A stretch of DNA of 64,000 nt, taken from assembly GCA_951406725.2 (NCBI GenBank), contig OX597816.1, positions 123,628,001 through 123,692,000 of the forward strand, read 5' to 3'. This document shows positions 13,596-27,120 of the stretch, one piece after another; the stretch's first letter is position 1, and every line of letters begins with the position of its first letter. A program made the position numbers and the translations under genes. The notes beneath the pieces are model-generated. The model was not told where the DNA came from. It did no database searches and saw nothing but the letters and a program-made list of their open reading frames with translations. This DNA is from Octopus vulgaris (Eukaryota).

Positions 13596-14579
13596 CACTT
13601 CATTGAAATTCTCAATCAGATTTGTAAACATGCCACAAACTGTTATATAGCATCCTTCTATTACATTTGTATCTCATTCTTTTCTATGTTTGCTTTTAAT
13701 TGCCACACACATTTGTAATTTCATTTCATTTAGTTAATTGGACTTTTTAGATTAAATAAATGCATGATACTGTATATTTCATTGCTGTTTATAATTTCTT
13801 CACTTATCTTCATATCTTTAAGCATTTAAATTGAAAGTTATATCTGAGTAGAAAATCAGTTAAAGAATTGTGGATTTTATTCCCCTCGTGGATGCAATTA
13901 AAGAAATAAGATAGACATCCATAAAGCTTCACAGTAATGATTAACTGTAATGCTGGAATAATTTTTATAAACACTACTGAGGTCCTCTGAACTTTGTGCA
14001 TGCAATGAATTTATAACCCACAATGTGTTTCACATAACAGAGCTCATGCCAGTCTTTGGGTTATTTGAATGGTGGTAAGATCTATGCAGTTAGTGTTAAA
14101 ACCAAACCAGGAATTTCTATATCAACAATTTCACTTAGCTTCATGTGTCTTCTCAATCACCAAAAGTTTCAGCCACTTGTCATCACCTCCATGAGACTCA
14201 ACATCCGAAGATCATATTTTGCCACCTCATCCTACATCTTTTTGGGCTTACCCTATCATCATCATCATCATCCTCGTTATTTCAACATTGACTTTTCTAT
14301 GCTCACTGACAAGAGTATGTTGGGGGAAAAGTTTTTTTTTATTATAATAACTGGATACTTTTCCTGTTACCAACCCTATTTGTTTCCAAGAGAAATAATA
14401 ATTTTCGAATTTGTCAAATACCAAACAGCAGGAACATGTTTTCATAGTGAACTGTAAGCAAATGACAATTTGCTTCAGGAAGCAATTGTTTTCAAACCAG
14501 GGAACATGAAGGAAATACAAACTCACTTATACAAACACACATACTTTTATAAATATATATATATATATACATACATTAA

Positions 14580-15058
14580 CTGGCACTTTGTCGGTTACAA
14601 CGATGACTGTTTCAGTTAGCCTCCTCATAAAATTAACCTGTAAGTGGCTGAGCACTCCACAGACATGTGTACTTTTAACATACTTTACAAGGAGATTCAG
14701 TGTGACACGGAATATGACAAGGCTTGCCCTTTGAAATACAGGTACTACTCATTTTTGTCAGCTGAGTGGATTGGAGCAACATGCAATGAAGAGTCTTACT
14801 CAAGGACATAATGTGCCACCAGGTATTGAACTCATGATCATACGATCTTGAGAGCCAAATAGCCAAACTATTTAGCCACTTACACAAGCATACATGCACA
14901 CATGCAGGCTTTTTTCAGTTTCCACCCATCACATCCCCTCACAAACTTTAGGTGATGATTCGGGGCTATAGTAAAAGGCCAAAGGTGCCATACTGTGGGA
15001 TCGAATACGAAATCACATGGTTTTGGGAGGGAACATCTCAACCACACAACCATGGCTG
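14580..15058 (-). mobile_element. Adjacent SINEs (family C then family B), minus strand
   Basis: Reverse-complement matches to the family-C copy at 13398 and to the family-B head. Confidence 0.65.
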
Positions 15059-15354
15059 TATCTAAATATCTAGCAAATTTCAAAGAACTTCACCTTTTTA
15101 TGGAGATTCAATTAAATAGATCAAAACGATATTTATTTCAAAATAAAGACAAAGATAATAGCAAGATTACTGTTTTAATAATTCTGTAAATATCACCTTT
15201 TTTGTTTTCAGCTTGAAGTAGTCTTTATCTTTAATCACATCATTATTATCACTTCTGTTATAGTCTCAACTGGTAACAATTAGATCAGTAACAAGGTGTG
15301 AGAAAAACAATACCCATACAATCATGTACATTATAAACATACTTTTAATGTAAG

Positions 15355-15420
<66 letters not shown>

Positions 15421-16229
15421 AACCAATTATTTAGTTTCTATGTAGTTACTTAATCTATAGCAAACATAGTTACTTGATCTCTCTAAAAAAACTACCTGCA
15501 ATATTTGAAGTAAGAACTGCATAATTATGTTCAGAATTTTTGATAATGGTCACATAATTGGATAACCATGGAAGGAATAGTGATAAAGATAAGTTAGAAA
15601 ATTTATTCCTATTTTTTTTTATTTATTTATTTGTTTATTTTTGGCTTGTTCATTTATTATAAAATCCAAGTGAATGGAAGAGTTTTTATATGACCATTTA
15701 ACTTGCTCAATACAGCAGCTAAATCTCTCTCAAATCACATTTTACAGTAATTTAAAACAAAATGGGTGATATTGGATAATGTCTACATTATGCTCAATAC
15801 CTGAAATAAAGACATGCTGGGCATCATTGAAAGTCTTTGAGAAGAGAAATGTTTGTACAAGTTCCTATACAACCTGTTCAATTTCACTCAATGGCAGTTT
15901 GGGTAGGTGATTTCTGTTAGAGGTTCAAGCTGGCCAGAAGCCTGTGAGCAGTTTTCAAACTGAAGATAAAGCTTAAGTCATTTTTCTATATAAAACATAA
16001 AGTTGAATATCAAAATAACATAAATCAGTCAAATCTGGACATTTCGTATCTAGTGGACATATCTATAAGTCCGAAGAAACTAAATTTTTGACTACAAGCA
16101 AAGGCTGCTAATTTAAAACAAAATATATAATCAAAATCTCATGCAATTAGAACTTTAAAACAATGGATTGCAAAAGTTAAAAGATAATAAGTTATTTCTA
16201 TTTTCATGCCTTGATGCAACGGATGGAAA

Positions 16230-17060
16230 AAAGAGATTCTTTTCAATTGAAATTGTTGATTATTTAGAAAAATGATTGACAACCTTACAGGACTGATTGA
16301 TAATCTAACAGAAATGATTGACAAATTCTAACAGAATTTCTCTACAGGTTGACATAACAATGGATGAATTATCCTTCATCAGAGCTCTCTTTAATTTTGG
16401 TGTGAATGCTATTCTAGAGAATCTATAGGAGGAAGTTTTGGAAATTAAAAATGATTCAGTGGCTCACGACCAGTTTAACTGATCCTTCAGGAAAATATCT
16501 TAAAGAAGCATGTTCTGGAGTTGCAAACATCTCTTGGTCATGCATTAAGATTACTTCTGCCATTTGCATCACCTTACATGAGTAAAAGGGAATTTTTTTA
16601 TGCATGCTGCAAATTAAATCCAAACAGAGAAATCAATTTCCAGTTGAAGGCAATATTTCTTGCACACTTTCAAGTACCTCTCCGAATATCAAAACTTTGG
16701 TCAATGATAAAAGAATTCAAAGACTATATTTCATGCAACGATTGATCTTCTCAACAGCAAGAAATAGCACCACAACAAATAGGAAAATAAAAGAAGAAAT
16801 GAAATACTTGTAAATGAGAATAGCTGACGACAAATCAATGAAACATTTTTTTCTCGTAGCATTGTGTGCGGAAAATATATTAATGTTGATATATGCACAT
16901 ACATACATACATGCACACATTCATGGGAAAGATCGATTGGTAGTTAGTAACTTCATATTTTGTATTAGGTGGTCCCAGAAGCAGAAAACAAGCTGTAAAA
17001 GGAGGATATGGAATCTTAAGCTTTAAGGCCCAGTAAACAGTTAAAATTTTAGGGAACTAC
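16230..17060 (+). mobile_element. hAT (Buster/Charlie-like) transposon 3' fragment
   Basis: ALRLLLPFASPY...QIKSKQRNQ resembles the hAT dimerization-domain motif. End GGGAACTACT resembles a Buster-type TIR. Confidence 0.7.
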
Positions 17061-17076
17061 TACTTGAAGCATTTTA

Positions 17077-17758
17077 TAATAGGGACGAGGAGAACAACTG
17101 GAAATTCCTATGGAACAACCTGCTGAGGATTATAGACAATGTCTCTGGCTCATGCATCATCCAGCTAGACCAAAGGTGATATGGTGGTGGAACACTGAGG
17201 TGGACAGACCCATAAAAGCAAAGAGATAGACTTAGAAAAAGTGAAAGAAAGTGGGACAGCACGTAAAATTATACCAGGTAGTTACAAGTGAAGCTAGGCA
17301 ACAGGTATATTTAACAAAGGGAGAGGAAGAATATAAGCAGTTTGCTAATATTCTATGGCATGTGAATCGAGAGTGAGAGGTAGGATGATAGTGTACCAGA
17401 GAGAATCACAGCATTGTGAGTGAGAAATGTAAATGGATGGACAATGGTATACTTGCATTGAGTGATTCTGAAAAGAAAGAAGCATGAAAATACTACACAG
17501 TGGCTGTGTGAGCTACGAAATCCTCGTCACCACTGTTATATCACAATACTACACAGTGGCTGTGTGAGCTACGAAATCCTCGTCACCACTGTTATATAGC
17601 AATACTACACAGTGGCTGTGTGAGCTACGAAATCGTCATCGCCACTGTTATATCACACGTTCAGATGACATCTACTCAACTCCTGATGTCTAGACTTCTC
17701 CCTCTATATCTATGTATTGGGTTAGCCTACTTCATCGTCTGGGGGGGGCATCCACACA
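17077..17758 (-). mobile_element. Possible solo LTR-like element containing a 56-bp tandem repeat
   Basis: More GC-rich block that starts TGTGTGGATG on the minus strand. Ends and TSD were not established. Confidence 0.3.
17489..17656. repeat. 3 x 56-bp tandem repeat
   Basis: Unit AATACTACACAGTGGCTGTGTGAGCTACGAAATCCTCGTCACCACTGTTATATCAC starts at 17489, 17545 and 17601. Confidence 0.95.
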
Positions 17759-19692
17759 ACATAACTGAAGAACAATAATTTTTTAAATGAGGTAAAAACA
17801 AGGTTGCTATTATCATTAAATAGATATTGTGATAATGCCATTACAAAACCATACACAATAAAAAAGAATGCATGGAAGAAAGAGGGTCTCTCCAACCAGA
17901 ACCCAACAGAGGATCAGCTACTCTACTAGACAGCTGTAGACACTTTTCTTTTTTTTTAACTTGTGGCTATTCCGGGTTATCACCTTGAAAAGTCTTTAGT
18001 TGAATGAATCACCCCCAGTACATTCCAAGCCATAACTGAGGATTTTAAGAGTGGAAACACTTAGATGCAGAGGATTTCTTTCTTATAGCTGAATCTGACA
18101 ACAAAGGACTTCAAATGGTTGCAAATCTCTTCCACAAACAGTAAACCTGTTCTTGTTCTCTCTATCAGTTTAATCTCTCAATATCTTGCTTAAAGTAACC
18201 ACCATATCTCCTATTTTCCCTCACAGTTAATGATGCTCATAACCTTGTCAAGTACACAGTGACCTCATTAGCGCTTATGCCACACAAAAAGCACTTTGTA
18301 CACGCTGTTAAATAGATGGCATTAGGAAGGGAATGTAACTGTAGAAATTATGCCAAAATTATGATACTGGAATATGATGTGGTCCTCTGACCTAATGGAT
18401 ATTGTCAAAATGTCTGGCCTATGATAGCATAGAAAATGAATGTATAATAACGATGATGATGAGGGTGATGATGACAACAATGGTGATGACGAGGATGATA
18501 CAGTATTCATCTGTACCACATCAGCCAACAGAAAGTAACAACCACAATAGTATATAAATAATGAATTGAGGGTGATACTAACTAATCTCTCTATCAAAAG
18601 AAGCTACAGTAAACTACAAATGACAATACACTTCACATCAACTCAGGTTTCATATAGCCCACATTCATAGGGTACCTAAACAAGAAATTGAAAATAATGC
18701 AAATGAATAACTCTTGACATGCGAGGGAGATTGTTTGTTGTCTAAAAAAAACTTCATCTCACACAGTCCCTGCCACCACTACATGTAAAATTCATGCCCA
18801 AATAGATCTACATCTCAGAACATTACAATAACATTCCCAAACCTTTATCTCTCCCATTCATCCCAAGCAAATATTAAAATGCATAACCACTAAAATGTTG
18901 CTACATCCATCAATAGCCTCATTAAATGCTACACATCACCATTCACAGTACTCAGCTGTGCTCTGACTTGACCATCTTGCACATATCTGTTGTAGATGCT
19001 ACAAGAATCCATTATTGTACAGAAATATACTGGGCAATGGAGAGCAAAAGTATAACTTGTTCAGACTGCAATACTGTTCCCCATACAATTAACCACAGTC
19101 CAAGTGTGCAATATAGTCCTCACTGATACAGAACTTTTGCTTTAAATGCTACATCTAAAGCACTAGTTCTATGAGTTGCACCTAGGCATTTCAGACAGCT
19201 ACCTGCATATCACAGCTCTGTTTAATTAGACTAACTTTGGTCTACACAACATCTGTTATACAGATAAATGGCATGAACATGGAATAAGAAAAGATAAGTA
19301 ACTTTTGAATAATTACTGAAGTACTAAATAAAGAAACTTATAATGAAAGAGCATGTGCTCAATAGAGTTCATGCAGAGAGAATTTAGTTTGAATCTTATC
19401 AATTTGCAGAACCATAGCTACTATATTTTTTATGAAATAAGAGTTAAAAATAAACAAAAATATCTTGCATTTGTCGAACTACTAAAAAAAAATAAAAGAA
19501 CTTTGAAGATAATTGACTAATAAGAAAGCTGGTTGGTAAAAGTTTGTTCAGACCAGTTAGGTGAGAGCTGAAAATAGCATCAGATTATTGTAGTCATTAC
19601 GATTAATTGGTGCAGAATAGTTGCATAAGGTTTATATTTGATTAACATTCAAGTGAGCCAAGAACAATTGATGTTATAAACTGCAGTTAACT

Positions 19693-19996
19693 TGTTATAT
19701 CGCAATATTACACAGTGGCTGTGTGAGCTACGAAATCCTCGTCACCACTGTTATATCGCAATACTAAACAGTGGCTGTGTGAGCATCTTATCCTCGTCAC
19801 CACTGTTATATCACACGTTTGGATGACCTCTACTCAATTCCAGATGTCTAGACTTCTCCCTCTATATCTATGTATTAGGTTAGCCTACTTCATCGTCTGG
19901 GGTCATCCACACAACATAACTGAAGAACAATAATTTTTTAAATGAAGTAAAAACAAGGTTGCTATTATCATTAAATAGATATTGTGATAATGCCAT
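19693..19996 (+). repeat. Direct duplication of 17534-17841, including two 56-bp units
   Basis: Collinear high-identity match ending GATAATGCCAT in both copies. Confidence 0.9.
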
Positions 19997-20256
19997 GCCA
20001 GTGTTACATAAAAGTACCCATGCTAGTGCCATGTAAAAGCACAAGTGCCAATGCCATGTAGAAGCATCCATGCTGGTGCCACATAAAAGGCACCCAGTAC
20101 ACTCTGTAAAGTGGTCAGTGTTAGGAAGGGCATCCAGCTGTAGAAACCAAACCAAAACAAACAAGGAGCAACTCTTCAGCTGGCCAGCTCCAGTCAAACC
20201 ATACAACTCATGCCAGTATGGAAAATGGATATTAAGTGATGATGATGATGATGATG
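19997..20256 (+). mobile_element. RTE LINE 3' UTR fragment with (GAT)n tail
   Basis: TTAGGAAGGGCATCCAGCTGTAGAAAC...CATGCCAGTATGGAAAATGGA followed by (GAT)n. Confidence 0.75.
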
Positions 20257-20729
20257 AGGTGGGGGAAGATGTGATATGTCAAAAATGATGATGATGTTAA
20301 TGATTTTAATAAGCCACATGGATCTTGTAGTAATGGGGATGCAAATTGCACAAGCCACTACTTTTCATGATTAAAAGTAATGTTGATGACCATAATAATG
20401 ACCTTGATGATGAACATATGAGGATAAAAGATAACTGGTATAACAGTATAAATGGTGGTGGTAGCAACAACAACAAGGACAATGATGACAACAAACAATG
20501 ATGATGATAACAAGGATGGTGATGATGATAATGATAATGGTGATGATGGACGATGACGACGACGACGACGACAATGACAACAACGACGATGAAAGGGCAA
20601 GTAGTATTCTCACTTTCAGTTTTATGACAGACCAAAAAACATGCAACTTACTGGAACAAAAAAAAAAAAAAGTAAGAGAAATGAGAATGTGCTCAGTCTA
20701 TTTCTTGGGCCAGATTTTGTATACATATA

Positions 20730-20913
20730 CTCTTTTACTTGTTTCAGTCATTTGACTGCGGCCATGCTAGAGCATCGCCTTTAGTCAAGCAAATCGACCC
20801 CAAGACTTATTCTATCAGTCTCTTTTGCCGAACCACTAAGTTACAGGGATGTAAACACACCATCATCGGTTGTCAAGCGATGTTGGGGTGGGGGGACAAA
20901 CACAAACATATAC

Positions 20914-20958
<45 letters not shown>

Positions 20959-21131
20959 CATATATACGACAGGTTTCTTTCAGTTTCTCCCTGCCAAATC
21001 CACTCACAAGGCTTTGGTCGGCCTGAGACTATAGTAGAAGACACTTGCCCAAGGTCTCACGCAATGGGACTGAACCTGGAACCATTTGGTTCGTAAGCAA
21101 GCTACTTACCACACAGCCACTCCTGCGCCTA
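20730..21131 (-). mobile_element. Full-length SINE family B with internal (TA)n microsatellite
   Basis: Minus-strand head GGCGCAGGAGTGGCTGTGTGGTAAG and B-box GGTTCAGTCCC. Tail ...TGACTGAAACAAGTAAAAGAG. Confidence 0.85.
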
Positions 21132-21822
21132 TAGAGACCATACCAAAACATATGATAAATAAAAAATATTAAATATAAGTGCTGGTATAAAGAATAGGAT
21201 AACCAAAATTTCTTATCTAGCATAGCTGGTTATTGCTGCATTGAAGTAGTAAGTGTAAAATAATAATCAAAAATATGTCATACAGTTATATAAATAGCAA
21301 GTACAAAAAAATTACACCATTTTTAAAAAAAATTTCATAAGGAATAAATAAAATAACATTGTTCAAATTTATCTGTAAAATATGCTAGGTGTAATATTCA
21401 GGTTTGAAGATTACAGTATTTCACAGAGAAGGAACAGGAAAATAGCTGCACAGCTGTAAATATCAATACAAGCTTTGTTATTATTGTTGACATCTGTAGA
21501 ATATAGCTAATAATTCAGATATCGAATTATTAATAAATAATGATTCAGATTTCCAGTAATTAATGAGTAAAATGCAGAATTAATTCAATTAACATCAACA
21601 ACTAATAAGATCATGTAAAAAATATCTAAAACTATTGATGGTACAAGCAGAGAAAGATGAAATAGCATGAATTTTTCTGTTGTTATCACAGTCACTTATT
21701 TAGACAAGTGGCTTGGCAGAATTGTTAAAATGTGAGAGAAAATACCTCTCCTAGCTCTTTACATTGTGAGTTCAAATCTTGCCAAGGTCAACTTTGCTTT
21801 TCATTCTCCAAGGATTGATTAA

Positions 21823-22026
21823 CTCCTTCGTTACCAACCCAGCTGAAACCGGCTCTGGCTCTGAGTACAAATGTTTTGAATTAAAATCTTCCACCAAACC
21901 TTAGTCACAATTTATGTTCCTAACACTAGCTGAATGATAACTAAGTTATTCTATAAATTCTTAGTTATATTTAAAGTAATTGAAAGAAACACAGAGCATC
22001 TCAAAGTAAATACAGTAATGAAAGGG
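21823..22026. mobile_element. piggyBac-type MITE inserted in a family-A SINE
   Basis: TTAA on both sides. Inverse orientation to the copy at 9441-9662. Confidence 0.85.
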
Positions 22027-22522
22027 TTAAATACCAATCAAATACTGCTCGCCACCTATCTTCACGATTAAGGTGGCAAGCTGGCAGAATGACTACCACA
22101 CTTGACAAATATTTTGCAGCATTTTGTCTGTCTTTACATCCTAAGTTCGAATTCAGTCAAAATCGACTTTAGCTTTCATCCTTTTGGGGTTGATAAAGTA
22201 AGTCAAGTACTGGGATCAATGTAATCAATTTTCCTCTCCCTCTCAAAGAAACCACAAGCTCAGTGCAAAAGTTTGAAACCATTATAAATATTAAGGCAGA
22301 ATCTTCACTGTATCGGACAAAATGCTTAGAAGTCTTTTGTGCATTTTTACATTCTGAATTCAAGTTCCACCAAAGTCAACTTAGCCTTTCATCTTTTTGA
22401 GGATCCATAAAATAAGTAACAGCTCTTTTGCCGAACTGCTGAGTTAAGGGAAAGGAAACACACCAGCATTGGTTGTTAAGCAATGGTGGGGAGACAAGCA
22501 CAAACACACAAACATATATATA

Positions 22523-23396
22523 CATGATGTGATGGGTAAATTGTCAGCATTTTATATTTTTAATTTCACACAGGCACATTTTTTGTTTTTGATTTTGTCA
22601 ACTACACAGTATAGTAGGGTCAGTTGGGCAACATCTGTGAGAAAAACTGCATCAGGATGCCATTCACTCTGCCATAAATTTGGAAGCAACATGCTGTATT
22701 GCTTGGCACTCATGCCGGAAGTTCCAATACAAACACTTTTAGTGTTTGCGTGTCAATCCGAGGACAGTGCAATCTGAGGACATGCACCAAGAGTGATAGA
22801 AATCAAACATCCAGTCATGATGTTTGAAGTGATCACTAGTGATGGTGCCGTTATGCCTCAATTCCTCCTCCCACATGGCCTCAGACTCAACACGGAGGCC
22901 TACATCAAGTGCCTGGAGATGGCAGTGCTGCCCTGAGTCAAGAAGGTGGCTGCTGGAAGACCCAATGTCTGGCAACAGGATTATGCACTATGTCACACAA
23001 GTAGGAGGACCCAGTCATGGCTGTCAGACAATTTCTGTAACCACATCACCCCTAACATCTGACCATCTAACTCCCCAGACAGAAATCCCCTAGATTATTA
23101 TCTGTGGGGAGCACAGTTGAGTGAGAGACCAACAAAACTCATTGTAACACCAAAGATGAACTGAAAGTAAGGATTATAGCAGCATTCAGCAACTTAAACA
23201 AGGAGACCATCCAAAAGAGTTGCAGGAGATTCAAAAGTTGTCTTGAGGCCATGATTGAAGCCAATGGCGATTTTACTGAATAAATTTATTCTTTAGAATT
23301 TCAAGATAATTTTAGTAAATATATCTGTTAAAATGTGATGTCAACATTAGTATCATTTTTGCATAATTTAGACAACAGTATATTTAGCACACCCGG
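22523..23396 (+). mobile_element. maT (DD37D) transposon, internally deleted
   Basis: WQQDYALCHTSRRTQSWLSDNFCNHITPNI*PSNSPDRNPLDYY has 37 residues between the 2nd and 3rd catalytic D. TIRs are degenerate. Confidence 0.85.
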
Positions 23397-23599
23397 TTTA
23401 TAAATATATATATATATATATACTAATAAAAAGGGTTCAGCAAAGAATTGCCTCACCACACACCAAAGTTCAGAAATAGCAGCCAAAAATCTTAGCCATT
23501 TCTTCCACTTTAAAAAGGGTCTTCCAGAGAAACCAAAATACTTGAAGTTTATTCACACAGGCAGAGAGTAAAGTAATGAAAATAAATCAATATCCGATC

Positions 23600-23688
23600 A
23601 TCCATAGATGCGTGTTTCTGAATTAGGTCTTTACATAAAGAATATAAAAAAATATACTTTACTAACCATATTCTTCATCAGTATGGAT
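23600..23688 (-). ncRNA. Type I hammerhead ribozyme motif (Penelope-like, CpG-decayed)
   Basis: Minus strand reads AUCCAUA-CUGAUGA-[helix II region]-GAAAC-ACGC-AUC-UAUGGAU, with a 7-bp helix I. Confidence 0.7.
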
Positions 23689-23736
23689 TTTCTGTGATAA
23701 TCAGAAGGTACTAGAACATTTGAATGAATCTTTCCA

Positions 23737-23823
<87 letters not shown>

Positions 23824-24016
23824 TCTGCAGATTAACAATATTACCATTGGTTTACTGCAAAATCAATGGTAGCATTTTTAATCCAGATATAAAAATATAT
23901 TGTGTATCCACTAATTGAAGTTTTGAACACTTATTCTCATTGTTTTCAACTGCCATACATACCTAAATATCTTTATCTATAGTTATCTGTCTCTTTATCT
24001 CTCTATCTGTCTGTCC

Positions 24017-24096
<80 letters not shown>

Positions 24097-24144
24097 CTCT
24101 ATCTATCTATCTATCTATATGTATATCTATATCTATATCTATCT

Positions 24145-24224
<80 letters not shown>

Positions 24225-24253
24225 ATATGTATGTATATATGTATGTATATATA
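24017..24253. repeat. (TCTA)n/(TA)n compound microsatellite
   Basis: Read directly from the sequence. Confidence 0.95.
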
Positions 24254-24893
24254 CAGGGGTTGGACAAAATAATGGAAACACCTTAAAATTTCAAACAAAT
24301 TTATTTTAATATGGGGTAAGACTACCTTTGCTAGTGATCACAGCTTAAATTCTATGAGGTATGATCTCAATCAAAGTTTCAATTGTTTCCAAAGGAATTT
24401 TTGTCCATTCTTCAGCTAAAACAGTCTCTAGTTCTTGCAGTGATAATGGTGGAGAATATCGACTCCTTACTTGTTTTTCTAAAATGCACCATTAATGTTC
24501 AGTAATATTAAGATCTGGGGACTGTGGTGGCCAGATAAGATGTTCAACTTCACTAGAATGTTCCTTTAGCTGTGTGAATTGGTGCATTATTATCCTAAAA
24601 GACTGTGTTTCCCTCCGAAAACAGTTCTGCAACAATAGGATGAATTTGATCAGATAAAATGTTTAAAAGGTCTTGACTATTAATTCTCCCATGAAGGGAA
24701 ACCATTAGACTGGTGGATTTTTAAGATATAGCTCCCACCACTCAGATCATCACAGATCCTCCTCCATGTTTAACAGCTGAAAGAAGGCAGTCTGGGTCAA
24801 ATGTTTCTTTTGGCTGTCTCAACACATATACTCAGCTGGTGGTTGGAAAGAAGGTAAAGGATGACTTATCCGAGAAAATTACATTCTTCCACC
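24254..24893 (-). mobile_element. Tc1 (DD34E-type) transposon fragment
   Basis: TIR TA|CAGGGGTTGGACAAAATAATGGAAACAC. Minus-strand motifs WKNVIFSD, VKHGGGSVMI, DNNAPIH and WPPQSPDLNITEH. Confidence 0.85.
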
Positions 24894-25037
24894 TGATTGG
24901 CTCCCCGTGCTGGTAAAATGTAAAAGGCATTGTAGAAACACTGCCAGACCAGATTGGTGCCTGGTGTGGCCTCCTGGCTTGCCAGTCTCCTGTCAAACCA
25001 TCCAACCAATGCTAGCATGGAAAACGGATGCTAAACA

Positions 25038-25113
<76 letters not shown>

Positions 25114-25164
25114 TGTATGAATGTTTGTATGTATGTATGTAGATATGTATGTATGTTTGCAATA

Positions 25165-27120
25165 CATATGTATATAATTATAGCAGTATCAAAGTGTTGG
25201 AGCAGGATGTAAAAGTTACTGAAAGAGTTATATCTCAACTAATTAAGAGAGAGTTGGCTTACATATGGTGTAGTTTGGTTTTGTGCCAATGAGAAGCACT
25301 TCTGATATTCTCTTCCAAGTAAGGCAACCACAAGAGAAGCATTTCGCCAAAAATTAACTGTTGTACTTGAAATTTATCAAGAGAAATACTTTAAAAGAAT
25401 CACTTGCTCCCTCTTCTGTGGCTGATGTAGAACCTAGAATAAATGAATACTTGGTGAGTACATTCCAAGCCATGTACAGATGTGCTGTCAGTAAGATATA
25501 TGTTAGCAGTTAATATAACAATGAATTTAGTGTGCCGGCAGGAGTTCCCCAGGGCTAATTTCTCAGTTCCCTCTTATTTCTTAGTCCAAATGGCTATGAT
25601 AAAAGGGTCTAAGACTGGTTGCCTGTGGAAGCTTCTCTGTGACAATAACCTCATACTTGTAGCTGAATCTATAGTAGAATTAGAGAAGAAATTCCAAGTG
25701 TGGAAGCAAAACCTGAAATCAAAGGCTTAGAGTTAACTCAGCAAAGATCAAAGTCTTAGGAAAACAGACAAACTATTAATCTCTTCAGGGAAATGGTCTT
25801 CCACAATATATAAAACAAAAGATGTAGGTAGCAATTCCATTTGATGTACCCAATGCAAGTTATGGACACATAAGAGGTGCAATATAATCACAACAAGGTT
25901 AATAGAGAAAGTGGTCTTTGTGTGTGGCAGAGGCATAGGGAAAATAAACTCTAAGAACACACAGAAAGTAAATTTCCTTAACTCTTTCATTACCAACCCG
26001 ACTGAAACCGGCCCTAGCTCTGAGTACAAATGTCTTGTTTACATAAGTTTGGAATTAAAATCTTTCACCAAACCTTAGTCACAAGTTATGTTCCTAACAC
26101 TAGCTGAATGATAACTAAATTATTTTACTAAATTCTTTGTTATATTTAAAGTAACTGAAACAAATACAGAGCATTTCAAAATAAATACAGTAATGAACGG
26201 GCTAAATGCCTGTGGCAGTAGATAGTTTCTGTTACCTAGGCAAACTAATTAGCAGTAGAGGAAGTTGCTTTGACAGTATAGTTACTAGAATAAGAACTGG
26301 TTAGATAAAGTTCAGCGAGCTATTACCGCTGTCAACAACAAAAGGTTTCTCCCTCAGAGTGAACAGTAGATTGTATGATACACGTATATGAACAGCAATG
26401 CTGCATATTAGTGAAATGAGGACTGTGAATGCAGAGAACATGCTGAGGCTTAAAAGAAATGAAGCTAGCATGCTGTGCTGAATGTGCAATATCAGTGTGT
26501 ATGTGCAACAAAGTGCAAAGGTGCTGAGAGAGAAAATTAGGCATGAGGCATTAGATGTAATTAGTAAATCTGTACTGGTAGGGTCATGTGATGCATATGG
26601 ATGAGGACAGCATCATAGAAAAGTGCCAACAGTTAATTGTGGATATGCAAACTGTGGAGGTAGGAGAGCCAAGAAGACATGGGATGAAACAGTGAAGGCT
26701 TCTTGTAACTTGAAGTTATGGCCTGATACATCTTTAACACTACCCTCCTTCTCTTCTGATTGGTGCTAGCATGTATTTCCACCACAGCAAGACACTTGTT
26801 ACTGTCTTCCATCAAGCTTTAAGTCTCATCAATTGATATAAAGCCAACCCCGCCCCAATACTACCTCTTCCCAAACTCAACTGTGGGGCCTTGTCTTGTG
26901 AGTTACCTGGTAATCTCATTATTGCCAGTACCATGTAAAAAGCTCCCAGCATGCTCTGTAGAGTGGTTGGCATTAGCAAGAGCATCCATTAGTAGAAACT
27001 TTGCCAAAGCAGACAATGGAAATTGATGCAGTACTCTAACTCATCAGCTCCAGTTAAACCATCCAACCTTTGCCAGCATAAAAAACCAGACATTAAATTA
27101 TGATGATGATGATGATGACC
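25165..27120 (+). mobile_element. Decayed RTE-clade LINE (RT through 3' tail), interrupted by a MITE
   Basis: WKLLCDNNLILVAES (YADD region), VWKQNLKSK, NSI-CTQCKLWTHKRC zinc-knuckle-like motif and an RTE 3' UTR with (GAT)n tail. Confidence 0.75.
25982..26201. mobile_element. piggyBac-type MITE (third copy)
   Basis: Same internal sequence as 21823-22026. Flanks are TTAA and CTAA. Confidence 0.85.

Noticed and set aside
17489-17656. CRISPR-like array
   Set aside because: The units are contiguous with no unique spacers, there are no cas genes, and the context is eukaryotic.
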